DNA of 64,000 bases, from positions 14,896 to 78,895 of IMG/VR virus record IMGVR_UViG_3300031576_000028, one strand, 5' to 3'. The notes below the pieces were generated by a model, which saw only the letters and a list, made by a program, of their open reading frames with translations, searched no databases and was not told the DNA's origin. A program made the translations under genes and the position numbers. The stretch's first letter is position 1; each line of letters starts with the position of its first letter. Positions 45,316 through 54,174 of this stretch are shown one piece after another. The DNA is from a virus.

Positions 45316-46313
45316 TGGACTCCCAGCAGGCGGGCGATCCTGGGGATGGCGTAGTGCCCGGGCGCCGGGTCGAGGTGGTAGGGCTCCGACGCGTCTAGCG
45401 CGCGCCTGATCAGGAACGCCGCGCCCGCGATGGAGGAGTACTGGTGCTCGCGCTCGTAGAGCTCGAGGTACGAGAGGCGGGCGGGGACGACCGGGCGGCA
45501 CCCGAGCGAGGCAGCCTCGAGCATCGCGATCCCCCAGGTCTCCTGCCGCGCCGACGAGAAGGCCACGCGGCTGTCGCCGAGGAGCGCGTAGTACTCCTGC
45601 TTGGTCTGGAAGCAGTCCTTGGTGCGCAGCCACTCGACCTGGTCGTCGGGGTAGGCGTCGGCGTAGGCCGACATCACATCCGCGAACTCCCACGGCGCCT
45701 TCTCCGGCGCGAGCCTGTGCGGGAACACGACCCGCCGCGGCCGGTCGTGCCAGGGCCTCGAGTACGACGACCACTCCTCGTCGAGGAGCGGGAAGCCCGT
45801 CACGTGGATCTTCGCTCGCGAGCAGCCGGCCCCCACAAGCATATCGCAGTGTAATTCCGTCGCCACGGCCACAACGTCGTAGATCTCGAACAGGGCCCTC
45901 TCGAAGCTCGGCGCCCAGCGACGCACTAGATCGGAGCGCCCCAGGAGGTCGTGCGGGTCGTAGGAGCCGGCATGGAAGAGGCCCGCGATCTTGAACGACA
46001 CGCCACCGAGGTCGCGCATGTACGCGAGCTGGACAGCGGCCGGACTCCACGCGTCGAGGCAGAGGACCCAGTCGCCGTCGCGGACTGAGCCTCCCCTCAG
46101 CTGGTGGCAGAACGCCGACAGCTGCGTCGACTTCCACAGGTTGGTGTCGACGACGTCGAGGAACTCGCCCTGGGTGATCTTCTCCTCCGCGTGGACACCA
46201 ACCACGGTCACGTACTCCGCGCCAAGCCTGGCGAGGGTGTCCGGGAACCAGCGCATCCACTGAGCGCTGTACCTTTCTTCCAATGGCTCGATAGGCATGA
46301 TCCAGATGGTCAT
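45312..46313 (-). CDS. GT-B fold glycosyltransferase
   Basis: VVFPHRLAPEK and QETWGIAMLEA (E-x7-E) GT4-like motifs, PVVP..LSY.E. Confidence 0.85.
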   Translation of the reverse strand: MTIWIMPIEPLEERYSAQWMRWFPDTLARLGAEYVTVVGVHAEEKITQGEFLDVVDTNLWKSTQLSAFCHQLRGGSVRDGDWVLCLDAWSPAAVQLAYMRDLGGVSFKIAGLFHAGSYDPHDLLGRSDLVRRWAPSFERALFEIYDVVAVATELHCDMLVGAGCSRAKIHVTGFPLLDEEWSSYSRPWHDRPRRVVFPHRLAPEKAPWEFADVMSAYADAYPDDQVEWLRTKDCFQTKQEYYALLGDSRVAFSSARQETWGIAMLEAASLGCRPVVPARLSYLELYEREHQYSSIAGAAFLIRRALDASEPYHLDPAPGHYAIPRIARLLGVQ

Positions 46314-46675
46314 CGGCTAGTCTCCGCCAGCTCCACCCGCGACCCGTTCTCGCCGTCCTCCCAGGCCTCGACCCAGGACACGACGTAGCCCTGGGAGCCT
46401 AGGTGGGAGGCGAGCTCTCTGGCGATCATCTCGCAACTGCGGGAACCGAAGTCGTGGCCGTCGTCACGGAACGATCTTCTAACGTCGTTCTGTAGGGTAT
46501 GGAACTCGACCTCGCGGTTGGAGTGGCTGACCACCACCGACGCGATGATCAGGAACATGTGTCGGTGCCGGTGCGAGAGGTACGAGACCTCTGGTGGCGC
46601 GCCGGGCCAGTAGTGGAACCCCGGCACTCTGTGGGTGACCATCACGGTAGTCTTCTCGGTCCTGATCTCGTTCAT
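46310..46675 (-). CDS. dpdL: QueD-like T-fold protein, DpdL-like (putative CDG decarboxylase)
   Basis: LSHRHRHMF matches LxxxHRHxF rather than the CxxxHGH of QueD; also REVEF, SCEMIA, EDGENG. The signature is recalled from the phage deazaguanine literature. Confidence 0.7.
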   Translation of the reverse strand: MNEIRTEKTTVMVTHRVPGFHYWPGAPPEVSYLSHRHRHMFLIIASVVVSHSNREVEFHTLQNDVRRSFRDDGHDFGSRSCEMIARELASHLGSQGYVVSWVEAWEDGENGSRVELAETSR

Positions 46676-46694
46676 CGTAGACTCCGGGAGGTGA

Positions 46695-48326
46695 TCACGT
46701 AACCTGCCCTCCGTCAACCCTCAGCCTGACGTCGGCGCGCGTGGACGCGAGCTGCTCATCGTGCGTGATGAGCACGACGCACCTGTCTCTCGCGAGGGAG
46801 GCGACGACGTCCATCACGGCCTCGCGGCCGTCGGAGTCTAGGCTGTCGAACACCTCGTCGAAGAACAGCGGCGAGCGCCAGCTGCCGCCGCCCTGGACGC
46901 CGGACGCCAGCTCTGCGAGGGACATCAGGATCGCCACGTCGACTCGGCGGCGCTCGCCCGCCGAGGCCCCAAGGTATCCGCCATCGCCGCCGGCGCCCGA
47001 GAGCCCGAGCGAGATCGAGTCGACCTGCCCGCCGGACTTCTTTTCCGTGTACGGCTTGAGGGAGATCCTGACCTCGGACTGCAGACGCCCTATCCAGGTG
47101 TTCGCCAGCGACTCGACCCCGGACAGCGTGCGGCCGAGGAGCAGGGCGCGGGCGCCGCGGATGCCGAGGACCTGCTCGCAGGCCTCGAGCTCGGCGACAT
47201 CGACGCTGGCCTGGTCGATGGACGCCTGCACCTCGAGGAGCCGCTCGCTGGTCAGCGCCAGCTTTGGTCCCTGCTCGTCGAGGGCGGCCTGCAGGCGCGT
47301 GCGGAGGACCCTCTGGTGCTCGATGCCGTTGAGCTTGGCGCGGGCGCCGTCGAGGAGGGGGCGCAGGGCCTCGGCCTCCTCGTTCAGCTCCCCCAGCTGG
47401 GCGGTGACCTTCTCCAGATCGACGGACGCGGACGCCACCGCGGCCTCGGCGGCAGCGAGGGCCTCGCGGACCTCGGACTCCAGCCGCGCCCGGACCCCCT
47501 TCGTGATCAGCTGCCCGCACGCGTGGCAGTCGCCGTCGCCAAGCCGGCTGAGCCTGGAGCGGGCCTGCTGGGCCCTCTCGCGCTCCGCGCCGCCCGCGCC
47601 GTGCAGCCTGTTGCGCCTGCGGTCGAGGTCGACGTACTCGCCGGACACGTCGGCCAGGTGGTCGGTGTACTTGTGGACCTCGACCCTGGCGAGGCCGACC
47701 TCGGGCACCGGCCCAGCCTGCTCCAGCAGCTCCTGCGCCTGGCGCAGCTGCTTGCTGATCCCGTCCAGCCTCTCGCGGAGGAGGTCGCGCTCCCGCTCCG
47801 CCTGCCCGCGCGCCGTCTGGGCGGCACGGAGGTCGTGGCGGCAGGCGACCAGCGCGCGGTCGAACCAGCCGAGGCCGAGGAGGGACTCGAGCAGCTCCTT
47901 GCGCTCGGCGTCCGTCGAGAGGGTGAAGTGGGCGGCGTCGGCCGCGCTGAACACGCAGGTCCGGCGCCACACGTCGAAGGGCCCGACGTACTGGTCGAGC
48001 GCCTCCTGGGCCTTGGTCGTCGTGTCGAACTCGATCATCCCGCCGGCGACCATGCGGCGCCACTTGAGCTGCTTGGCCTTGCCAGTCCACTTGCGCTCGA
48101 CTACGACCTGGGACGCCTGGTCCGTGATCGTCACGTGGCCGGCCTCGGCGCGCCACGGGGACCACCGCAGGCTCCTAGAGCCCTTGCCCCACATGGCGAC
48201 CCCGACGGCCTCCAGGATAGCGCTCTTGCCGGCTCCGTTGGACCCGGTGACCTGGACCACGCCGCGTTCCGGGAGCTCGACCACCGAGTGGTCGTGGCTC
48301 ATAAAATTGGTCAGCTCGATGATCAC
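46695..48326 (-). CDS. sbcC: SbcC/Rad50-like ATPase
   Basis: GSNGAGKS, coiled coil with CHAC hook, SAGERRR, FFDEVFDSLD, LITH. Confidence 0.93.
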   Translation of the reverse strand: MIIELTNFMSHDHSVVELPERGVVQVTGSNGAGKSAILEAVGVAMWGKGSRSLRWSPWRAEAGHVTITDQASQVVVERKWTGKAKQLKWRRMVAGGMIEFDTTTKAQEALDQYVGPFDVWRRTCVFSAADAAHFTLSTDAERKELLESLLGLGWFDRALVACRHDLRAAQTARGQAERERDLLRERLDGISKQLRQAQELLEQAGPVPEVGLARVEVHKYTDHLADVSGEYVDLDRRRNRLHGAGGAERERAQQARSRLSRLGDGDCHACGQLITKGVRARLESEVREALAAAEAAVASASVDLEKVTAQLGELNEEAEALRPLLDGARAKLNGIEHQRVLRTRLQAALDEQGPKLALTSERLLEVQASIDQASVDVAELEACEQVLGIRGARALLLGRTLSGVESLANTWIGRLQSEVRISLKPYTEKKSGGQVDSISLGLSGAGGDGGYLGASAGERRRVDVAILMSLAELASGVQGGGSWRSPLFFDEVFDSLDSDGREAVMDVVASLARDRCVVLITHDEQLASTRADVRLRVDGGQVT

Positions 48327-48559
48327 CTGAGGTCAGCCTCCCTAATGGCTACGATCTGCTGGGCGACACTGAGGCACGAGATCGACCCGCACGTGGTGAT
48401 GCCCCTCGTCTGGACGTACCGCTTGGATCGCTCCGACCACGGGATGGTGAGCATAAAGCGCATGATGTCGACGTTGGGCGGTTGCCGCAGGCAGACCTCG
48501 CATTTAATATTCCGCCCCAGCGCCGCGGGGAAAACGTCGGCGTCGACCGTCTGGCTCAT
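48323..48559 (-). CDS. small Zn-finger protein
   Basis: CEVC...CGSISC. Confidence 0.55.
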   Translation of the reverse strand: MSQTVDADVFPAALGRNIKCEVCLRQPPNVDIMRFMLTIPWSERSKRYVQTRGITTCGSISCLSVAQQIVAIREADLR

Positions 48560-49701
48560 CCGGCGACCTTCCTGTACTCGGCGAGCCGGCGGGCGACGCC
48601 ATCCCGGGTGCCCGGCTCCTCGACCTTGGCGAGGTCGGCGTACGTCTCGGATAGGTCGTCGCGGGCGCTCGCGATCGCAGCCCTCGCGGCCTCTCGCACG
48701 GAGACGGCCGCCTCGTCCTCACGCACCTCGACGTGGACCATAGCACCGGGGCACTGCCCAAGTAGCCTATCCCTGAAATCGAGCGCTTCTGGCAGCTCGT
48801 CCCCCCTGACCGTCGCGCGGACGTACACGCGGCCGGTTGATAGCTGCGAGTGGTGGCGCAGCAAGGTACCTTCGTAGACGAACTGCTTGAACTCCTCGAG
48901 GCCGTCCGGTTTGAGGAACAACGGCGACGCCATGATGAAGATCCTGGACAGCGAATGCGAACCTGGTTGGTGCATGATCATCGAGCCGGGCACCTGAGGA
49001 TCAGAGAACGACGCCGGACAGACCGTCCCGGGGATCACGATGAGTGGAGGGGGTCCGCCGACTGGAGGACCCCACACAGCGTGCGAATGCCAGTTGCCGG
49101 CGAACACCGCGTCGATCTTGTGGGCGTTGCAGATCCAGCGCATGAACCCTACTGACACCGCGTCCTTCGCGGCCTTGAGGTATGCTGGCGTCTCCTCGTC
49201 CCAGATGCCGAGGTGCGTGGCCAGGATGCGCCGCTTACCGGTGTTACCAGACCAGTGCGGCACGAGCTGGGCGAGGGCGGTCGTCAGCCAGTCCTTGGCC
49301 TCGCCGTGGCCATACGGAACTAAGGCCACCTCGGCGTCCGAGAAGTTGGCGACAGTCGGGCTGGCGGCGACGCGGATCCCGCATTGCGCCATCGACGCGC
49401 ACGCGTGGTCGCGGTCGTGCATCGACTGCCTGTCGTGGTTGCCGAGGAGTACCCACTGCTCGCCGCTGAACTTGCGAATCGCCTGCGTGGTCGCGGCGAC
49501 CAAGGGAGGCGACGGCCGCGTGTGGTCGAACAAGTCGCCGAGGACGATGAAAGCCGAAGCCCTCAGCTCGGCCGCCTTCAACGCGGCCGACTCGATCGTG
49601 GCGACGCAGTCCAAACCGCGGCGGTTGAGGCCGCCCTCAGTCGGCCCGCCCCACCTCTTGTGATTGGCGACATGAACATCAGCCACGAACGCTAACGTCA
49701 C
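48556..49701 (-). CDS. sbcD: SbcD/Mre11-like nuclease
   Basis: ADVH, GDLFD, GNHD, TH, GNWH metallophosphoesterase motifs. Confidence 0.92.
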   Translation of the reverse strand: MTLAFVADVHVANHKRWGGPTEGGLNRRGLDCVATIESAALKAAELRASAFIVLGDLFDHTRPSPPLVAATTQAIRKFSGEQWVLLGNHDRQSMHDRDHACASMAQCGIRVAASPTVANFSDAEVALVPYGHGEAKDWLTTALAQLVPHWSGNTGKRRILATHLGIWDEETPAYLKAAKDAVSVGFMRWICNAHKIDAVFAGNWHSHAVWGPPVGGPPPLIVIPGTVCPASFSDPQVPGSMIMHQPGSHSLSRIFIMASPLFLKPDGLEEFKQFVYEGTLLRHHSQLSTGRVYVRATVRGDELPEALDFRDRLLGQCPGAMVHVEVREDEAAVSVREAARAAIASARDDLSETYADLAKVEEPGTRDGVARRLAEYRKVAG

Positions 49702-50045
49702 CGCGCGGCCATCCGCCTGCGCCCGTTGACCGAGATCTGGTACGTCGCGCGCTCGGCCTTCTCGACCCAGCCGCAGCTCACCGGGCGGCGCAGGGCGTTG
49801 CGGGACTGGAGGCGCGGGTTGTCGCCCTCGAGCCCGTCGGCGAGGTACTCGATCGTGCGGAGCTTCCGCTCGCCGTAGCCCGGCGAGTTGAGCATCTTCA
49901 CGACCGACTGCTCGTCATGCGACATGCTGTCCCACGGCAGCTCTCGCGCGGCGGCGCTCTGCCCGGTGCTCGGCTTGGGCCGCTTGTCGTGCGGAGCCTT
50001 GCGGAGATCCACGTTCTCGAACTTGTCCTTCTTCTTGCTGGCCAT
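49698..50045 (-). CDS. winged-helix DNA-binding protein (putative)
   Basis: RNALRRPVSCGWVEKAERATYQISVNG wing pattern. Confidence 0.55.
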   Translation of the reverse strand: MASKKKDKFENVDLRKAPHDKRPKPSTGQSAAARELPWDSMSHDEQSVVKMLNSPGYGERKLRTIEYLADGLEGDNPRLQSRNALRRPVSCGWVEKAERATYQISVNGRRRMAAR

Positions 50046-50089
50046 ACGATCCTCCTGGATCCTTTTTTGATCACGACCTGGATCGGTTG

Positions 50090-50317
50090 TCAACCCTCAA
50101 CGGCACCCAGCGCGAACTGGATCCGCCGCCTCAGTACGTCTCGATCCTCGTCGTCGTCCAGGCTGAGGCTTGCGGACCTGTGGATCGTTTCCGACACGGC
50201 CCTCATAACCTCGTCAAAGTGAGCCAGCCCCATGCGCCTGCTCAGGTCGACGTATTGCCTGACCTCCAGGCCTGCGATCTTCTTGGATCCTCCTGCCACG
50301 CGCTTCCTCCTAGTCAA
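50090..50317 (-). CDS. hypothetical protein
   Basis: Overlaps the recA stop. Confidence 0.5.
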   Translation of the reverse strand: MTRRKRVAGGSKKIAGLEVRQYVDLSRRMGLAHFDEVMRAVSETIHRSASLSLDDDEDRDVLRRRIQFALGAVEG

Positions 50318-51362
50318 GGTCGTCGCTCTCCCCGAGGAGTTCCTCGTCCGTATCCTCGACGTCGCCGACCGGCTCAGCCATGCCGCCAGCCGCGAAGCCT
50401 CTGTTCCACCCGAGGGCCTTCAGGGCCATCAGGTAGGTCTCCTCGTTGTACTTCGCTGACGCTGGCACCAGTTTGCGATCCTTCGCGTGCCACACGGTGG
50501 ACCAGGCGTTGTTCCACCCAGTCTCGTAGTAGAGGCGGACCTTCGCCTTGGCCCACGGGCGACCGCCAACCTTGGTCTTGGCGGCCATCATCGTCACCTG
50601 CTTGCCGACGTGCTGCTCCATCCCGCCGACCACGGCCTTGATCGACTTGCCGGAGAACAGCTCGAGCCTGATGCTCGCGTGGAACTTCAGCGCGGCGCCG
50701 CCTGGCGTCGTGGTGGACGATCCCCAGCCGCCGCCGACGAGCGTCCTCGTCTGGTTGACTACCACCCACACGGCCCTCGCCCCGGCGACCTTCGGAGTGA
50801 GGATGCGGAGGGCCTTCGACGTGACCTTCGCGCGGTCCATCGCCGCGTCCTTGCCGTGGAGCCCCTCCTTGACCTCCTTCATCGAGGGAGTAGCCGCGAG
50901 GCTGTCGAAGCTCACGAAGAACGGGGGGTCGCCCTTCTTGGACCTAGGGGCCGAGTCGAGCGCGGACTCGATCCAGGCGTAGGCGTCCTCCAGCGTGTCG
51001 CTCTGCTCGAGGACCACGCGGTCGATGTCGCAGCCGAAGGCCGCGGCGCGCGGGGCGTCGATCGCATGCTCCGTCTCGTTGAGGCACGCGACTCCACCCT
51101 CGCGCTGGGCGCCGGCGATCATCTGGAACAGGAGCGACGTCTTGCCGACGCCCTCGCCGGCGTAGAGCTCGACGATGCGCCCGACCGGCAGCCCGCCGAT
51201 CGAGAGCACGTGGTGGTCCAGGACGTCAATCCCCGTGGGGATGACCTCCTCCACGTCGCTGTCCGTGCCCTCGCTGAGCAGGCGAGCGGTGCCGTGCTTG
51301 ACCCTGGCCTTGATGCCAGCGATGACCGCCTTGACTGGATCGTCTTCCTTTTGCTTTGCCAT
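50310..51362 (-). CDS. recA: RecA recombinase
   Basis: IPTG..LD..IGGLPVGRIVELYAGEGVGKT, DSLAA, NQTR, TTPGG.ALKFHASIRL. Confidence 0.95.
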   Translation of the reverse strand: MAKQKEDDPVKAVIAGIKARVKHGTARLLSEGTDSDVEEVIPTGIDVLDHHVLSIGGLPVGRIVELYAGEGVGKTSLLFQMIAGAQREGGVACLNETEHAIDAPRAAAFGCDIDRVVLEQSDTLEDAYAWIESALDSAPRSKKGDPPFFVSFDSLAATPSMKEVKEGLHGKDAAMDRAKVTSKALRILTPKVAGARAVWVVVNQTRTLVGGGWGSSTTTPGGAALKFHASIRLELFSGKSIKAVVGGMEQHVGKQVTMMAAKTKVGGRPWAKAKVRLYYETGWNNAWSTVWHAKDRKLVPASAKYNEETYLMALKALGWNRGFAAGGMAEPVGDVEDTDEELLGESDDLD

Positions 51363-51541
51363 ACGTGCGATCGCCGGGAATCGAACCCCAGAAGCAACCT
51401 GTACCACGCAGCCGGGTTGTGAGTTACCGGCCGCTTGCGATCGCAAGGGGAGGGAGCGGGCCCCGCCAGCGCCGAGGGTGGGTCGTCGCTGACGTTGATC
51501 ACAACACCGGGGGGACGGTGAGCGGCCTGCCCTCCGGTACG

Positions 51542-52378
51542 TTAGTCGAGGTCGACCTCGTCGTCGAACAAGTCGTCCTCCGCAGTCTTCGGCTTCTCGG
51601 TCGAGTCGACGTCGATGGCGTCGACGTCGTCCTCGCCGGCGTCGTCCTTGCGGCGCTGCGACCCGTGGGCCCGATCGACCTTGCCGTCGCTCCACACGTC
51701 GCGCGGGTCCTCGCCGTCGAACAGCCTCTTCTGCTGCTCGACGGTCGGGACGCGGATCAGCTTGCGGAGGTCCGCCTGCATGTCGATCCAGTCCATGCTC
51801 GCGATGGGCGTGATGCTGCGGCTCGGGATGAGCGTGTACCTCGTGTCGTCCTTGCCGCTGCCAACGCGCTGCACGACGATGTCGAACCCCTTGATCGGGT
51901 CAACGAAGTTTCCGCCGCCCTCGTCGTTCTCGCGGATGGCCTTCAGCTGGTCGTAGACGGTCTTGCCGAAGCCCCAGATCACCGGCTTGTTAACCTCGTC
52001 CTTGGGGTTGATGACGACGTTCGCGAGCATGCGGCGGGACGGGCGCAGCTTGCGGGCCGCCTTCTCGTCGCGCGCGTTTCCGCTCGCCTCCATCGCGTCG
52101 GCCTTCTTGCACGCCAGGCACGCCTTGCCGTCGTGCATCTTGGGGCAACAGAAGTTGATCGACTTCTCGATGCCAGGCATGTCGAAGTAGTGCTGGTGCT
52201 GGAGGACGAACGGGGACGGCCACCCGATCTTCGGTGGCAGGAAGCGCAGCAGCGTCTTGCCGACGGGGCACTTCCAGAAGTCGCCGCCGGAGGCCATCTC
52301 CTTCGACTCCTTCTCCATCTGCTCGGGGGTCCACTCCCCGTAGGTTGCGATCGCTGTGGTCTCTTCTTTCTTAGCCAT
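51542..52378 (-). CDS. T4 gp32-like single-stranded DNA-binding protein
   Basis: LRFLPP, HY..C..CLAC Zn site, IWGFGKTVY, DPIKGFDI, TRY, acidic tail. Confidence 0.85.
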   Translation of the reverse strand: MAKKEETTAIATYGEWTPEQMEKESKEMASGGDFWKCPVGKTLLRFLPPKIGWPSPFVLQHQHYFDMPGIEKSINFCCPKMHDGKACLACKKADAMEASGNARDEKAARKLRPSRRMLANVVINPKDEVNKPVIWGFGKTVYDQLKAIRENDEGGGNFVDPIKGFDIVVQRVGSGKDDTRYTLIPSRSITPIASMDWIDMQADLRKLIRVPTVEQQKRLFDGEDPRDVWSDGKVDRAHGSQRRKDDAGEDDVDAIDVDSTEKPKTAEDDLFDDEVDLD

Positions 52379-52438
52379 GGTCCTGTTTCCTGGTTGCTGG
52401 TTGTTGTGGTTGGTTGTTGTGGTTGGTAGCCTAGTCTA
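52379..52438 (-). promoter_or_regulatory. -10 (TAGACT) plus A/C-rich repeated leader of the SSB gene
   Basis: 13-mer tggttgttgtggt x2 at 52398-52423; the - strand leader is almost only A and C. Confidence 0.6.
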
Positions 52439-52450
52439 TTGGTCTGACGC

Positions 52451-52789
52451 TCATACGAGGCCGCGCTTCTCCGCGAGCCACTTGGTGATGGTTATCGTGC
52501 CGCGGGCACCCACGCCGCAGTCGGCCTGGAGGTCGGAGCGACCGTGGATCTGGGACTTGGGGATCCACGCCTCCTCATTCGGGTCCTGGACGCCGAACGG
52601 GTCGGACGACAGTCCAAAACCGCGGATCTTCAAGGCGCCGTCCGTCTCGGCGATCACGATGACATCGGTGAGGTCGAAGCCTTGGTCGGCCTTCCAGCGC
52701 GAGCCCGGGCCCTTCGAGGAGGCCCGGAAGTCGTCCGGGTCGTAGTCCTCGACGAACTCGTCCTCCGCGTCCCGATAGCCCCTAGCCAC
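52451..52789 (-). CDS. hypothetical protein
   Basis: ETDGAL...WIPKSQI...ITKWLAEKRGL. Confidence 0.65.
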   Translation of the reverse strand: MARGYRDAEDEFVEDYDPDDFRASSKGPGSRWKADQGFDLTDVIVIAETDGALKIRGFGLSSDPFGVQDPNEEAWIPKSQIHGRSDLQADCGVGARGTITITKWLAEKRGLV

Positions 52790-53264
52790 GGGGGGCCTCC
52801 GAGTCCTCGCTGGGGTCCCGCCAGCTGGCCCCGCCCATCTCCGCGCGGGCGAGGAGCACGAGGGACGTGAGGCTCTCCCGCTTGGCCAGGAGCGCCGTGT
52901 GGATCGCCCGCAGTTGTTCGCGCTCGAACTCGGCGGAGATCAGCTCCGCGTGCGCCGCGCGCACCTCCGAGTCGGTCTGGGTCCTGGCCGCCACGCGACC
53001 CTCCGTGACCTTCTCGCCGAGGTCCTCGAGGTCCTCGCGTACCGTCAACCAGATCACGGCCTCGACCTCCTTCGCATTGATCTTGGCCGTGATCCACCTG
53101 CGGTGCGCGCGGGCGAGCTCGAAGCCGTAATGCGCTAGGTCTGCCGGCAGGCGCTCCAGCTCTCGCCTGAGGTCGCCGCCGTTGATGTTGACCGCGGCGC
53201 GCGCGTGCTCGACAGGGTCCTCGATCGGCGTCGGCTGGAACAATTCGTCTAGTCTGCTCTGCAT
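52782..53264 (-). CDS. UvsY-like recombination mediator (putative)
   Basis: All-helical, about 160 aa, KVTE..V.A....D pattern; near SSB and RecA. Confidence 0.55.
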   Translation of the reverse strand: MQSRLDELFQPTPIEDPVEHARAAVNINGGDLRRELERLPADLAHYGFELARAHRRWITAKINAKEVEAVIWLTVREDLEDLGEKVTEGRVAARTQTDSEVRAAHAELISAEFEREQLRAIHTALLAKRESLTSLVLLARAEMGGASWRDPSEDSEAPRG

Positions 53265-53458
53265 ACGATCTCCGCGTTGAGTGTTTGGATGCCAGGCACG
53301 GTGCCCGCCGGTTGGAGCTCCACGTCGGTCACCGCGACCACGTCGTCCAGCTCCGTGGGATCTTCGGCCTGCGCCACGACGTACACGAGGCCGTCGACGC
53401 GGACCCGCCCGCCCTTCTGGGGGTGAGTGCGGCCGCACGTCTTGATCGTGACCCTCAC
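53249..53458 (-). CDS. hypothetical protein
   Basis: GTGA-coupled. Confidence 0.5.
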   Translation of the reverse strand: MRVTIKTCGRTHPQKGGRVRVDGLVYVVAQAEDPTELDDVVAVTDVELQPAGTVPGIQTLNAEIVCRAD

Positions 53459-54174
53459 GAGCGCCGACCTATCAAACAGCGGATCTCCTGCGTGATCGGC
53501 CCGGCACTCTTCACGCGGTCCAGCAAGTCCTCGACGAGAGCCAGGAGCCGCGGCACGTCGATATCGCGGACGCTGAGGACGCCAGTGGCGTGATGGGAGC
53601 AGACGCGGCCACCGTGCTCGTCGGTGTACCGCGCGCTCTGCGAGCACTTGCTGCACAGCTCCTCAACCGTGTAGTTACGCTTGCCCATGGCAACACGAGC
53701 CTTCCTATTTAGCGTCCGACTTCCGACCGGCCTACCGGGTGGTTTATTGGGAATCGTCAGAGCCTCTTCTACAGAGAGACCCCGACGCAGGCGCTTGCTG
53801 ATCAAGGACACCGGCAGGCCAGTTGCCTCAGCCCACTCCACCATCAGCTTGGATTCGCCGCCCAAGGTCAGACGAACGTTGTTACGCCGATTGCGCGCCT
53901 GCGCCGCCCAAGTAGCCCAGACGCAGTTCTCCGCGCTGTACCCGAGTGCGTTGTCCCTGCGCCCCAACGTCGATCCTGGAGGGGCGACTGCCATATCGGC
54001 GATGAAATTTGCCAAGCCGAGATCGCCTAGCCAGCGTTTGCATACTGTAATTCCGCGACCGCCGTAGTCGACCCAGTGAGGATGTTGATCGTCGTAGCAG
54101 CGGCTCAGCATGGACCTCCAGGCCCTGCCCTCCTTGGTTGTCGATTGGCCGCCTCGACTAGTCCGGGGCTTCAC
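53455..54174 (-). CDS. HNH-type endonuclease fused to a Zn-finger protein
   Basis: W.SM..RC...YGGRGITVC.RW...DN..GYSAENC.WAT..Q.RN; C-terminal CSKC..CSHH domain. Confidence 0.8.
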   Translation of the reverse strand: MKPRTSRGGQSTTKEGRAWRSMLSRCYDDQHPHWVDYGGRGITVCKRWLGDLGLANFIADMAVAPPGSTLGRRDNALGYSAENCVWATWAAQARNRRNNVRLTLGGESKLMVEWAEATGLPVSLISKRLRRGLSVEEALTIPNKPPGRPVGSRTLNRKARVAMGKRNYTVEELCSKCSQSARYTDEHGGRVCSHHATGVLSVRDIDVPRLLALVEDLLDRVKSAGPITQEIRCLIGRRS

